Part shown: positions 11,261-26,650 of the stretch, piece after piece
Position numbering within the stretch: the first letter of the stretch is position 1
How the letters are laid out: every line of letters starts with the position of its first letter
From: the human T2T-CHM13v2.0 reference genome, Homo sapiens
Reading direction: 5' to 3' (one strand)
Assembly: GCF_009914755.1 (NCBI RefSeq)
Contig: NC_060940.1
Length of the DNA stretch: 64,000 nt
Notes under the pieces: model-generated
The model's database searches: none
Told to the model about the DNA's origin: nothing
The model's input: the letters and a program-made list of their open reading frames with translations, nothing else
Position numbers and translations under genes: made by a program

Positions 11261-14200
11261 TTGGCCTTATTTTCCATGTGTCTTTTCAGTCTGACCACCC
11301 CGTCCCCTGTGTCCATTCACAGGTACTCAAGCCCCCTGTTCTTTCCCAGGACAGCCCTCCCCTGTCTCCTGCCTCACCTGCTGCTAGTTCCCACCAATTT
11401 CCTTCCTAAAGTGGTACTTGGCCCCTGGGCCCTCCCTGAGCCCTGGTTCCTTTTCAGCTTACACCACAAGGCCTAGGGCTGGGCCCCTACAGGCAATGGG
11501 GGAGATGAATGCTTGTAGGACAGAAAATTAACTTCCAGGAAGGGACAAGGTGGCCTGGGTTACTTTGGCCGTGGGGCTGGGCATGCACATGGAACTGCAG
11601 GCCAAGGGGCTTCAGAGTCAGGTGGGTTCTGAACTGTGTTATCAGGGTTCTTGGCGGGTGTCTGGCTCTGGCGGAAGCATTTCACATTCCGCAAGGAGTC
11701 CCTGTGAGGGAACTCAGCAGGTGTTTGACTCACAATGAGGTCTGCGTTTGTGTCTTAGAAAAGAGGCTGCGCCTTCTATCCCACATAGACACACCCCAGA
11801 ATACAGCTGGATGCAGGTCAGATGGCGAGGGCTGGGGACAGGCGTGTAACCCTGTGCTGGAGGCTCTGAAGCTGAGATAGCAGGAAGGACCGATGGGGTA
11901 TCTGCTGAGATAGTGTCTTGGTGTTGGAGAAAAACGCAGTGTGAGGAGGGCAAGGCTGGGGTGAGGAGACAGCTGGGTGCGGGGAGGAGGGGCAAGAGTG
12001 CGGCCGGTCTGGCCCCTGCCTGGAGACCATTGTCCCCCGGCCATGAAGCCTTGGCACGGCCGCAGGGACCTTCTTGCATGCTGAATCCTCAGTGCAAATG
12101 AAAACAAAGGGACTGGTCACTAAAGGAAATCCTGTTGTCTCCATGATAATCAACTCCAAGAAGTGCTGAGAAGTGCCCAAGCCCTTGGGTCCCTGCTGGG
12201 CTCCTGCCCTCTCTTGCCACAGGGATTTCCTCCAAGCTGGAATCACCATTTCCTTCCTAATCCTGGCCACAAATGACAGTACATTAGGAACATCGTGTAC
12301 ATTCAACTCCTCAGCATGGGCCACTTGTGATTTCAGCCCAGAGCCCTTTCTAGCAGAGAATGCCATGTGCGGCACAGATGAGAGGCCTTGCCAAAGACCC
12401 CCTTGGTCAGCCTAACCCCAGCACCAAGTACTCACTGCTGCCCACCCACCCCTTTGTCCCCCAACAAGCTCCAGGGCCTACACAGCACAGAGCCTTAGAC
12501 ACACTTTTCCGGGAAGACAGTTTGGACCTCCTGAGCTGCAGAGATCACTGGGGCCTTCTGGTGTGGACTGGAGCGAGTTTCTCCAGAAGCTTCCTGTGGC
12601 TCCGGGGCAGCATATCTGTAGCCAGCTCCTTTTACCCCACTCTCCCGCTGGAGCCACCTCTGTGGGTGGATGGCACTGACCACACCTGGCTGGGATGGTG
12701 TTGGCCTGTGATCCACACTTAGTTCTACCCTCCTAGGGCAATGGTTTGTCTCCAAGGGTACGAGAGGGAAGCAGGGCCTTGAAACTGCAGCCATAGTTCT
12801 GTAGCCTGGACCCAAACTCTGACCCAGCGGAGAAAGTCCACGGGGCTGACTCCAACAGCAGGTTCCCGGAAACCAGTTGGGAGCAGCAGCTCCTGAGTAT
12901 GGGAGTCAGGCCAGCTACTGCCTGAGGTCCAGGCTGGGGAGATTTTAATATAAAGATTCCTGGTGCCCAGGGAGACATGGCCAAGGCTGGTGCTCTGAAC
13001 TGGCTGATACATTCCCTGGCTGACACTGCCAGGGAAATGGCCAGGGAAATGGCATCCCTGAACCCTACCTGCCCTGGGGCCTCCTGGGCTCTGCTGGAGA
13101 ACTGCAGCTGTAACCTTTCTCTCCCTTTGAAGCCTTCTGGGCTTGAACCCTCTAAGCAGGATTTCCTCCTGAGGATGTGCTCAGCTGCCCCCGTGGAGGC
13201 CAGCCCTGCCCACGAGGAGGCCGCCACCGCCTGGCACGCTGCTTCCTGGCCCTGCCTGCCCTTGCACGCCCCTGCCACCCGCATGGGACAGGAAGGAACT
13301 GAAGCCAAGGACTGGTCCCAGGCCACACAGCCAGGGCCACAGAGGGGCCAGAACTTGGGTTTCTGACCTGGCACTCATGTTCCCATGAACATGTTCCCAT
13401 GCTCTGTGGCATCTGCAAGGGACACAGACCTCCCTTCCCTGGCTGGCTCCCCTTCCCACCCATTCCCTGCAGCTTGTATGCCCAGGGCAGAGACACCCCT
13501 TCACCCTGTGGCATGTGACCTCACACAGGGTCCTCGGAGATTGAGTCTGTCTTGGGACGGGTAATGGAAAGGCATCCCTGCATCTCTGCCATTTTCCCCT
13601 GCAAACCGCAGGGGGACTTGTGAGGAATGAGGCGGGTGAGGGACAGCAGTGCTGGGACCCGAGTAAGGTGGCCAGAGCTACTCCGGCCCCAACAATGTCT
13701 GGCGACGCCCCTTGCCCGTGTTCTGATCACCAAGCTGTTTGTTTTCCTTTACTTCAGGCGACGATTCCCAAACTAGTCCCTTTGTTCCAGGCCAGGGAGC
13801 ACTCCAGCTGCTGCGTATTCCACAGTTTACAGATGGTGAGCCTCCCCTTCTGCCTCGTCGGTGCTGGACCAAGACACGGAGGCCTCGGCAGGGCCCACAC
13901 TCGGCCCCTCTGGCCTTGAAGCCACGGACCCAACTTGGGTCCAGCAGCCCCAGTGTTCATATGGCCATAGCCCCGTGTCAACATTTCCCTCCCCCAAATT
14001 ATTTAACCAGATGGGCTGTCCTCCTGGTCATGGGCCCTGGGTGATTACAGTGATTCACTAGTCTCTCGTGTTCCCGTGGCAACTTTCCTTCAAAGGACCT
14101 CCTGCGCTCTGAAGGAGTTCCGGCCAGGGGCTGCCATTCTGGTTTCTGGGGGCACCTCGAGTGCTCTGCCCTGGGCGCCATGCGCATGGCTTCAGCTCCA

Positions 14201-16870
14201 CGTCCCTCAGCGGGGAGCCGCCAGCCCCTGTCCCATCAGTGTCCTCATCCACCCAGAAGGCTGCGCATTTACCCTCTAGAACAAGGAGGGTCCCTCAAGC
14301 CAGGAATACCCTAACTGAGGAACCCCAGAGCCTGGCTGTATGCATGGACCACGTGCGGGCCTCACCTCCAGGAGGTCCACGATCTGTACTCTCAACAAGC
14401 TTCCGGGGCGGCCAGAGACCTGCTGCCTGCAACTGCCTCACCAGGCCTGATCGCTTCAGGCATGGCCATGCCCTCCTGAGGGAAGGAGGAGACTCTGGCA
14501 GGAGTCTGAGAGGATGGGTGGCAGCAGGGCCTGGCTCGGCCTTGGAGCTCTAGGCGGAAGGCCCTGACACTTGCCTTCTTGAGGCCCCACCCCCACCTGT
14601 GCAGAGTCTGGGTCCTGGTTTACGTTTCTGCTTGGCATTTCACTGTTTCCCTGCTGGTCTCTACCTTCACGGTCCCGAGCCTGCTGTGCACAGCCCTGGC
14701 CTCCTCTGTTCAAACAGAAAGATAAAGAGGTCAGCTCTTGGGCAAGACCTGTGCTTGGACTCTCCCTGGCCTCCTGACAGCCATGTGGCCTGGCCCACCT
14801 GCATAGCCCCAGCACCCCAAGAGGAAGCACAGCTCACAGCTGCTGCCCTGGGCACGGGCCATTCCTGCCTTTCTGGCTGTGATTAGGAGCTAGAGCCATG
14901 AGTGCCTTTCTTGTCTTCACATCTTTAGTCCAGGGGTTTTGTGAAATTTTATGAACTGAGATGGCTTTCTCTAGGCTTTATAAGTGCCCACTTAAAGAGC
15001 ACTGAGATAAGTGTCAGGAAACAGGACGAGAAGTTAAACATGAATACTCACCAGTGGTAACAAAGAGCAAATATCAGAGCAGCCTCACGGCGGCCTCTGA
15101 GAGGCCGGTAAAAAGATCAGAGTCTCAAAGGACTGGGAGGATGGAGGTGCCACAGCCGTAGTGGTGGGCCACAGCATGGCTGGGAGGGGGCTCCTTCAGT
15201 TATTCTCGGCCAAATGGAAGGGGAGGGGTTCTCCTATTTGTACCCTCCCCCACCCCCTCCCGGGAGGCTGAAAAAATTCCTTTTGTGATCAGCCATTTTC
15301 AGAGAATTTTAAGACGGATGAAATAGGCTTTTCATCCACATGTTCCCTGCCAGCCCAGGAAATCTTCCCTGGATTAAACGCGTGAGAAATAAGAGGGCCC
15401 CAGACATGAGGCGTCCTTGGAAGTCACCCGAGGGGACATGTCTTAGTCCTAGCTCTGGGTTACAGGCGAGGCGCCCTATAGCAGAACTTGCGCTGGTGGG
15501 CAAGAGGCCTGCTCCCTCCACTCCCCACCAGGATCACGCCACTGCCCCTCTGAGCAAAGACACGAGGTAACCACCGACAGAGAAAGGCGGGTGGACAGAT
15601 TTAATACTGGGATATGGCAGCCTCCGTGGGGAGGGACAGTGACCCTGAGCCATTGGGCTCAGGCTGGGAGCGTAGAGGCAGTGTCTAGCCGGGCTCAGGA
15701 TCCGGAGGGAGATGTGTTCTGCACAAAGACAGTGAAGGCGGTGGACCTGGGCAAGCTGCAGAGCTCTCCGAGTCCAGAGACCACTGCTGCCAAACCAGCA
15801 CCAGACCGAGCCTCATGCTGATAAATGCACAGAAAGGGCTGCAGAAGGAAACACACCAAGCTGAGACCCAGAGGCTACTTCTGAGGGAGGAGGTGGCAGG
15901 TGGTCAGGGGTCTTTCCCATTTACTGCTATACCATTCTGCATTATTTCAGTTTTTATTGTATGTGGTTTAATATTTCTAAACAGAAAATAAAGTATTGAG
16001 AATCCTCTGTGTGCTTCTCTTGGACTCCTTCTTGGAGAGGCTTGGCGACGGAGCCCACGGGCAGGGCTGGGGAAGGTGCTACCTCCCCAGGGCATGGGTG
16101 CTCCAGCCTGGCCACGATAGTGGAGCTTTCCTCTCTAGAGGGGCTGCTGCAGGTTTAACAATGGAAACATGCATTTTACAAATGAGAGGATCAACAGCCA
16201 GGAAAAGGTATTTTTAGCTACGGTGGCTCTTTGCTTCAAAGGCGTATGTTTCATCTAAAACCAGGCAAACCTCCTACAAAGTCTGCCTGCTTGCAAGGAG
16301 TGATTAGCATAATACAAGCACGAAAAAAAAGGCCTGGCTCCACTTTGAGGCAGGAGTGCCTACTACAGGGGGAGGCTTTCTCCTAAAATAGAATCGCCAG
16401 CAGATGAGGAAAGTCTTATCAATGGAGACGAAGCCCCCATCTCCACTTAGAGCAAAAAAGCTACCGTGCGCGAACAGCCTGGCTATGACGGGCGCGCTGC
16501 AGCCACCAGCATAGAGCAGGGTCTGAGGATGGAAACGCTGACCACAGTTCCGCCCTGAAGACCACCATTCTGGGTGCTGTTTGAATCACTTTTGCCTCAG
16601 GCTCCCACCTTCTTCCAATTAAAGTACAAAGGGTTTCGGGCTGCCTTTCCAGACATCCTTCCCCTGGGGGTAGGGAAGAGCCCAGTCAAGAATGGCCAGG
16701 GGAATGGACGTGGAAGAGGGCAGGCTTGAGGAGACACAGATGATGAAATCTTAGGGAGGCACCTTCCCCAGAGGCCACACCACTGTGAGTCAGATGTCTG
16801 CTCCTCTGGGACCCTCTATCAACCCAGAGCACTTGCCTCCTGGGCTCCCCACTCTCCTGCTCAGGAGCAT

Positions 16871-17013
16871 CTTTGTTTTTGTTTTTTTTTTTTTTGTAGA
16901 GATGGGGTCTTGCCATGTTGCCCAGGTTGGTCTTGAACTCCTGGGCTCAAGTGATCCACCCACCTCTGCCTACTAAAGTGCTGGGATTCTGGCGTGAGCC
17001 ACTACGCCCAGCC
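16871..17013 (-). mobile_element. FLAM / Alu left monomer
   Basis: Single Alu arm (GTAGAGATGGGGTCTTGCCATG...GTGAGCCACTACGCCCAGCC) with a poly(T) lead. Confidence 0.85.
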
Positions 17014-20000
17014 TGTGGGCATATATTTGATTGCTATCTTTTCTCTCCTAGAAACCCATTAGCTGGCTGTGGGAAGCCCGAACCTGGGCCTGTGGGCCTG
17101 TGTATACGTGGAGAAAGGCTTGAACTCTTCTTCAAACACCACAAAAATGAAACGGAGGCTGTGACCCTCCAGGAGCGGTAACTGCAGATACAAATCTCTG
17201 CAGCTGCTGGAAACAGGGCACTCGGCAGCTGCTCCAGCGCCCCTCTCCTGTGGCCTGCTTGCTTACCAGGCCCAGGGCCCATCCTGGGGGCCTGCGACCT
17301 TGGGCTGCGGGGGTCGGGGAGGGGGCTGGGGCAGAGAGGTGGCAATTTTGCTCTCTATTTTAGGCATCACTGGCAGGAATGAGAGAAGAGACTGGAAGGA
17401 TCAGTCATCTCTCCATCATCTCTCTCCCCTGAGGATCCCCACAGGGGTAAGATCATAGATGGGTCTTCCCGCGAGGGTCAGGGACTGGGAAATATTCACA
17501 GACGGGGCACGCAGCTGAAGATCTGAGAAACCAATTACTATGCTACTGGGGGGCCCAGGAGAAGCAGAAGGAACTGGACCGGGACAGCCGCTCACGCTTC
17601 AAGGGCAGGAATGGAGGTGACTCCAGGAACCTGTCAACTGTGGGGGCAGGGGGCTTCCAACAGAGGTAGGTGGGGTTCTTCTTCAGGAAAAGGGCTGGAA
17701 GGAGGGGCTCAGCTCATGGGAGAGGAAGGAAAAAGCTGACTCTTCTCAGGAAAAATGAGTGGACAAGGAAAGCTGGCCGAGTTCACAGGCACCTGGCATT
17801 AGCTGACTGAAGCCAGCGTACCCTGAAGAGCCAAACAAGTCCATGGCAGGGATGTCTGCGGTGTCGAGATGGTTTTAAACTTAGTCCAGATTATCTGCTT
17901 AAACTGCCTGTCCTAGCAGCACTGAACCTTCCAGAATGACACAGCAGCAAGAACCCTGGTCAAGCCAGCTTCCTGAGCCGGCTTCCTAACTAGCCTGCGG
18001 TGTTTCACGAGACTAATGGCAGAGGAGAGTGTGTAGGGCCACAGCTGTCATGGTGAACAAGTGAGGGTCTCACCACCTGCCCCCACTGGCGAGCCCTGGG
18101 CCCCACTTCCCTCCGTCCCACTGGAAGCTCTGTGAGCCAGCCACCTCAGGCACAGCCTGGCACATGCCCACTGCCTATCTGAAGGCTCCTCTCAGGGACT
18201 TGGGCACCCTCACACAGCGGTAGGAGGTTTTCTGAACCTGCTTCAGCCCTCCACTGGCTCACAGGGTACCTCAGAGGTGAGGCCACCAGGGGCCTCCCAG
18301 CCACACTCCAGGTTGCCCAGAGGGTGTGGGGACTGGCCTCTGGGCTTCTGAGCAGACTGCTTGCTGTGTCAGAAACACCTCCCCCACTCCTTCCCCGACC
18401 AGTTCCTACTCATCTTTCCTGGCTCAGCTTAGATGTCACGTTTCAGAAGCTTTCCCAGACTCCCCCAACAGGCTGGGCACCCCCTCCCCCACATCTGTTT
18501 CACCAAGGATCACCACTGTGCGATGCTATGCTTGCAATCGTGACTAACCCTGGCGGGCAGGGACTAGCTCTGCCCACTGCGGTGTTCCCACTGGTGGGCA
18601 CTGTGCCAGGCACTGACGGACACCCAGGACAGGGTTGCTCAGTGATACATGGCGCTTCCTGGCTCCCCTGCCTGCCCAGCACAGCAGCAGCGCCCTGCCG
18701 CCCCCTGGGTGAAACTCTGATCTACCCTTACAGGGAGGGGGCCGAGCTCTTGCTCCCGGCGGTTCCATTCTCAGAGAGGCGAGCGCTCTTGCCCGGCCTG
18801 ACAGCTGTGGCCTAATTTCCAGGGCTATAACCGGGCTCCTTATTTTTACCCACTTGGTATTTTTCATTACTGATGCATGGGAGATGGCCAGGGATTGGGA
18901 ATGGGGGAGGTGTGGGCTAATGGAAGACGCGTATGCGGTGGAGTCGGGGCTGTCGGGCCAAGGTGAGGGCCTGCAGGCGGGATAGAGAAGGGGTGGGGAC
19001 AGACCAGACAGATACATGTATTTTTAAATTTTACAAGGGAAAAAGAAAATCCCAAATCCCACCCCCTTGTTTTTCCTCAGTAAGCATTTTCAACAAGGTC
19101 ACAAATGCGCTGGCTCTATAGATTTTTGGCTCCAAACCACATTTCAGGCAGCCTTTAAAAGCCAATTCTTGGCATAGCTTCAGCGGAGCCTGAGGAGAGG
19201 GGAAAACTAGGGCACTTTTATGCTTTCAGAAAACCTCGGATCCAGGTCACAGCTTCCTGGCTCTGCTGACGCTGTGGGGCACCCCCCTTCTCACAGGCCT
19301 GACCTGAGGACCCCCCTCCACCTCCCCCAGTGTTTTCTTCAGAGCATGGATCACAAGACCAGGTCACCTGTTTCTTTGTTACTTGTCCCTGTGGGCCCCT
19401 CCCATGAGGCTGCAGCCCCGGGGGAGGCGTGAGCCATGCCACAGCTGGCATGGGGCCTGGCACATCCCAGGCACTCAGGAATATTTGCGGAATGCCCCTC
19501 TGTGTGGAGTGAGTGAATCTTTGACCCCTGTTCCCCAGCCAGGGAGCTCTCTCCTTATGAACTCCCCAGTGCTCTTGTCCAGCCCCTATAAGATGTTCCC
19601 ATCTCCCTGAAATACCTTCTCCCCGGTCTGTGGAGGCTGGGCCCATGTTGGCCTGGCCCAGGCCCTCCTCCGTACAAAGGCAGCAGGCAGTAAATATTTA
19701 CAGGAGAAATCAAAGCCTCAGTTTCTTTCTGTATGAAAGAACCCAACTGGCCCATAAGGTCCCTCCTGGCTTCTCCCTGACTGAGACTCTCTGGGACTCT
19801 GATCAGTTTTGGCCCTGCGGCTACCCAGGCCTGGGTCACATGTATGGAGACAGGGCCCCAAGCGGGCCCTGGTATGAGGTGCTGGGCCTGCGTCCCAATT
19901 CCACACGCGACAAAGGGTAGAAGACCCATCCGCTCTGCCTGCATGGATGCTTCCAGAAATAGTGCTGTTGGCGGAAGGAGGCCACAAAGGAGGAATCAGC

Positions 20001-20823
20001 TGGAGGCCATACCTGGCCACCACCTCCTCACTGCCTGCTCCCACTGTGGATCTGGAGGGTCACTGGGTCACATATACAGCTTCACCCTCCCACTTTCCTG
20101 CAGGAAGGAAGGAGTTGGCTGCTTGGAGGTGAAAAAGTCACTCCTTCAGTTACCCCCATGGTGGCCCTTGGTAGGGCCTGCTTCACACTCCTCCTCTGTG
20201 AGCATTTAAACCCAGACCACCAGGTCCACACCATTGTTGGCTCTGCCTCCTGATGTCCATGGCCTTGGATTCTGGTTCCAGAACCATGACGGCCCATGAC
20301 ACCTGCTCCTGTGTCTGAGGGTGGGCACCCGACCCTTTTCAGGGCAATCAGCACCAGCGCACTCTGGCCACACTGATGGGTCCCATGGGACATGAGCCCA
20401 GGACAGGTGCTGAAGGCTGGGGTGCCGAGAGGGCCGGAGCGAGCCACCTGGCCACAAAGCGGGTGGCCTGTCCACTAATGGGGCAGATGGAGGAGGAAGA
20501 GCCAGCTGTGGCGGGGGAGAGGAGGACTTGAGGACAGGAGGTGGCCTGAGCCTTGAACTTCTAGTTTTAAATGAGCCCATCCTCGCCTCTGCCTGCACAC
20601 TACCTTTATTTTTCTTTTTTTAAAAAAGTATAGAATGTATTTTCCGGATATAGATCGGCACACTGAATAGTATTGATACCTTTGTTTTTCTTCCTGTAAG
20701 GGTGAGAATTGGTTTTCTGCCATGTGCCGTCCAGAGTCCTGACTGCACAGAACTGGACAAGAGCTAGTTGCTGGGTGGGTTGGGGGACAGAAGACGGGAG
20801 AGTGCTGGGGTTTGAGTATTCAT

Positions 20824-21123
20824 TTTTTTCTTTTTCTTTTTTTTGAGACAGGGTCTCACTCTGTCACCCAGGCTGGAGTGCAGTGGCACGATCTCAGCTC
20901 ACTGCAACCTCTGCTTAAGCCTCCCTCTCGCCTCAGCCTCCTGAGTAGCTGAGACCACAGGCGCATGCCACCATGCTCAGTTAATTATATTTCTCTTTTT
21001 TTGTAGGGCGGCAAGGGTTTCACCATGTTGCTCAGGCTGGTCTTGCACTCCTGGGCTCAAGTGATCTGCCTGCCTTGGCCTCCCAAAGTGTGGGATTACT
21101 GGCATGAGCCACCGCGCCCGGCC
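20824..21123 (-). mobile_element. AluJ-like SINE
   Basis: Dimer with J-type CTCCTGGGCTCAAG. TSD TTGAGTATTCAT at 20812-20823 and 21124-21135. Confidence 0.9.
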
Positions 21124-21406
21124 TTGAGTATTCATCTGAATGACTCTATAACTTTCTCTCTTACTCTTCTCTAGAAACAGGAGAAAGTGAGTCAACCCCA
21201 GAACACCTGCGTTCCAGGAGCTGAGCCCGAGGGAGCAGTTGGGCCAAGCCTGGCTCTGTGACCAGCCACTGCCCACCCCGGGAGCTCCTCGGCTCCTCAC
21301 AGTTATCTACTAGTTGCTTCTGGTACTGAGTGCACAAGTTACTAGGTGCCAGGCTGTCTCCTAAGCACTTTCCATATGCTTCGTCACTCAGTCTCACAGG
21401 GATTAG

Positions 21407-21768
<362 letters not shown>

Positions 21769-22509
21769 AAGAAAACTGTGCTTGGGAAGGCAGCCACATG
21801 GCCAGCCCCTGTGGTTCTCCTGGCTCAGCATCTCGTGGGAAGAGTGACCCCTTTCCTTAGGTGTGCTGTTGCTCCCCAACTCCACGTGGGGTTCTGTTAG
21901 GGCTGCCACTCACAGCACCCCTCAGCCCCACCTCCCTGCCACTGGCCCTGTCTGGGCCAATCAGAGCTTCCCTCTGGATCATAACTGGCTGGGATGCAAT
22001 GCCCAGGCGATGTGGTGGCCGTGTCTCTGCCACTTGGAAGAGACCAAAACAGCATGGCTGACCTCAAACAAAGACTGCAGAGATCTTGCTGACCCTGGTC
22101 TTGGTCTGGATACAGAGGCCAGTGAAGTTCCTTTGCTCATTTTGGTGCCTTTGACCTGGGTTCCTACCACATGCCACCCAAAGGGTGCTGCCCAATACAG
22201 TAAGATTAGTGGTTCCCAGCTCCAGGCTGCAGACCACCGCTGGCCTGGCTGCCGCAGAAGCCCCTTGGATTCTGGCAGGTCGGGAGGGCTGGCAGGATGG
22301 CTAGGAAACTTTGCTTTTACAAAGCACAAACAGGCTGGACTAGCTGGTTTCCAAGACCCTGTCAAGAATTAAGAAAAAACACCTCTCGATTCCAGGTGGA
22401 TCATGCTCAGCATCCGCTTACTGGGAATGCGGAACAATCATCACTCAGAAACAGGCGGCTTCATGGATATGTTTCCATGAGCTCCTAATTCCCCGAAAAA
22501 GCATCACAA

Positions 22510-23500
22510 AACAAAAAAAATGCTAACTGTAAAGAAAAATTGATTACCTGGACTAGATTAAAAATAAAGTATGTCTGTTCATCAAAGGACATCATTAAGG
22601 GAGTGATAAGGCATGCCACAGAGTAGGAGAAGATAATGACAGTATATACAACTGAGAAAGACTCAGATTCAGAATATACAAAGGACTTCCACAAATCAAT
22701 AAGAAAAACACCAAAAACTCAATGGGAAAATGAGACTTGAACAGACTCGTCACAAAAGAGGATATCCAAAAGGCCACTAAGCTATGAAAAGTTGTTCAAC
22801 TTCATTAGTCTTTAGGGAAATGCATATTAAAACCACAAGATGATACTACTGTACCCCTAATCAGAATGGCTAAAATCAAAGACTGATGATACCAAGTGTT
22901 GGTGAGGACGTGGAGCAACTGGAACTCTCCCACAATGCTGACGGGAGTGGAAGCTGGCACAAGCACTTTGGACAGTACCTCCCTAAGCCCATGGTATGTC
23001 TGCTTGCCAATCCAGCAATTCCTAGGTATATACCTAATAGAAATGTGTCTATATGGTTATCAAAAGGCACATAAGAAAGCATTATCCATAATAGTGTCAA
23101 ACCGAAAATAACCCCCATGCCCATCAATACTAGAAGAGATAAATAAATCACGGTATCGTCATACAGAATATTCCATGGAAATGTGAACTACTGTGACATC
23201 CAACACAGACGAATCTCACAAACCCAATGTGGATCCAAAGAAGCCAGGCTTTGTGAAAAGAGCACCAGCTGTACGGTTCCATTTATATGAAGCTCAAAAC
23301 CAGGCAAGATGAACCTCTTGTGCTGGAGTCAGTACTTGAGGGAGGCGGGGAGGGGCTGTCACTTGCAGGAGACGTGAAAGTGACCTCTCTGGTGCTGGAA
23401 ATGTTCTATTTCTTGATCAGAGGGCTCATTCCCTGGTGTCACAGTTAGTGAAAATTTACAAGAGCACACTCATGATTTGTGCACTTTCAAATAGTACGTT
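22510..23500 (+). mobile_element. Old L1M LINE fragment (ORF2 3' end and 3' UTR), degenerate
   Basis: L1 hallmarks CATTAGTC..AGGGAAATGCA.ATTAAAACCACAA.ATG, ACCAAGTGTTGGTGAGGA, CCAGCAATTCC and GGTTCCATTTATATGAAG. A-rich. Confidence 0.8.
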
Positions 23501-24484
23501 CTTTAAATTTACAGTCACCAAAGACATCCAGGCATCGAGCCTGGAGGGAGTTGAGGCTGCCACACCGCTTTGATCAGGACGAGGAAAGAAGACACATCTG
23601 GGGTGCTGAAGCATGTGTTATGTGGTAAGAAAGGGAGAACGCTTCCCGGGGAGACGGCAAGACCAAGCTGAAAACAAGACAGTGTCTCGGGCACGGTGGA
23701 GCTTCCAAGGCACCTTTCTCTCTGAAGCAGTGGGAAGGGCTGGGAGTTGTCAAGTTTGGATGACTGTTCTTCCTTCAGAGGGAAAGGAGTGGATATGCAA
23801 ATAGCAAGCCTGGGGGCAGAAGGGCCCATCTGAGGACACAGGTTTACTGATGACGAGGTGGATGGTGAAACGGAGACACAAGTGCCACAATCAGGTGGAA
23901 GCAAATGCTCTCCTGGGGTACTGAGGAGGCCCCGATGGCCCCATGTTGGGGCTATCCGCCCATGTGGTCTGGAGCTGGAGCTCAAGACTGGGGCCGGGGC
24001 AGGTCACACCCCTTCTGAGGGAATAAAGAGACACAAAACTTAGCACTTAAGGAAGCAGCTTGCGAAAAAGGAAAGTGAGAGACGGGGCTCAAAACAGACT
24101 GGTGGAGGACCAGAAAAAATGAGCGCTGACTTGAGTGCACTTGAATCATCTCAGCTTGGCTTCAAAGAGGCCAAAGTGGATGATGCGAGCCACTGCGATA
24201 AGCCAGGGGAAAAACACATCCCTGAGAAGAGGGGGTGACACATGTCCTATTGAGCAAGAGTCAAAAGGGAGATTCAGACCTGGAGAGATGTTCACCGTCA
24301 AAGTGCCAGGGAGCTCCTGGGAGAGTATGCCGGCTACAGACCAGAAGTGGGCCAGAATAAGGGACAGGCCGGCATGGTGGGGCTGGGGCCTAGAAGAAAG
24401 CCAGAAAGGACATATAGATTGACTTGGTGCTTCACCTCTGCCTGAGTGGGTGGAGTCAGTGGGAGCCATCCTGGGCAGGGATGA

Positions 24485-24665
24485 GAGCCCTGGGGATGGG
24501 GATGGGAGGAAGGGAAGAGGAGAAACAGGAAGCCGAGGAAGAGGAGGAGAAAGAAGAGGAAGAGGAGGAGGTGGGGAAGGAAAAAGGAGGATGAGGACGA
24601 GAAAGACGAGGGGGAGGAAGGAAGAGGAAGCAGAGGAGGAGAAGAGAAGGAAGAGGAGGACAAGG
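24485..24665 (+). repeat. GA-rich low-complexity polypurine tract
   Basis: About 180 bp of near-pure GAG/GAA/GGA units. Confidence 0.9.
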
Positions 24666-25967
24666 ATGGCGTCACATCAGGAGAGGTCTCTGTGGGGATT
24701 TTCCTCAGGCTAAATAACCCTGGGTAGGATGGCGACCCCATGGGAGGGCCCGGCTTCTCTCTAATGAGGCTGAGCCCCTGGCTGCCAGGTCTGAGGTCCT
24801 GTCCTGGTGTGTGGAGATCAGGAGACGTGGCTCTCGTCTCAGCTCTGTCCCCGTCTGCTGCATGGGACAGCCATTGTGCCTCTCTGGGCTGCAGAACACG
24901 AACCCTCCAGGCCCCTCCAGCTGTGGATTGCGGGCTGGCGGATCTGGCGCTGCTCTGCAGACAGGGTTAGGTGAATCCCATGGTGCCAGTCCTGGATAGC
25001 ACGTGTCCTCTGGGCCTGTGTGATGGTGCTCATGGCAGGCGTGTCCCCCCACATCAGTCTCACCATCAGGCCATCACTCTCTCTTTCCCCACAGCACAGG
25101 AGCACAGGACCCCAGGCCCGGTGGAGGGCACCTCAGCTCTGGGGTCTTTGGATGGCTATGCAGTACCCTGCAGATCACCTCCCAATGCCACAGTTGAGAA
25201 CCTAGGACTGGGGACGAGGGCAGATGCTCAGGTGCCACAGGTGCCTTTAAAAGATGGAACAATGACGAGGACAACGGCAAATGACCCAAGGCCCCCACTC
25301 TCCTGGGACTCACTGCATCTGAGCCCTGAACTATAGAAAACTCCCTCATCCACTCAGATCCCAAGAGCCGCTTTGGTGGCCATCCCCGCCTGGGCTATGA
25401 AGTGGACTTGGCCCATCCAGGACTCTTCCCCGGGCACTGCATGCTCCCGTGCAGGGTGGCGAGTGCCATCTGAGGCGGAATTCTGTGCCATGGGTCCCCC
25501 AGGCCAGGCCCCTCCGAGGGCCACATCACCCCTGCTCAGAGACAGGAGCTCTCTCCTTCCCCATGGAAGAGGTGCCTGGTCTGGGCGGCCTTTCACAAAC
25601 CGCATGCAGCAGAAACCCTTTTGGGTGTGTTTCTGTGACGGGGCCAGGGTTGTGGGGGTTCTGTGATCTTCGTGACTCTGCTAAATCGCAGGCGGAGAGA
25701 GAAGGGAGAAGCGCACGGGGCTGTCCAAGGGCAACCCAGGGAAACACGCTGAAAGGACACCGGGACAAGAGAAAGAGCTTCCTGAGAAACGCATTCTACA
25801 ACGATGGACAAGACACACTCGGTGTTTAAATACGCTGAAGACAAAGGGCACCCACATTTGTCTGTCCTGGCTCAGATGCAGGCAGGGCCCAAGGAGGCAG
25901 AGGATGGAAAATGGCTTCTAGGGGCCAGTTCCAAACCTACCACTGTATATGCATTTTTTAATGATAC

Positions 25968-26650
<683 letters not shown>

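Noticed and set aside
24334-24741. Ser/Phe/Leu-rich and Arg/Glu-rich ORFs that look membrane-spanning or charged
   Set aside because: They are translations of the GA-rich low-complexity tract.
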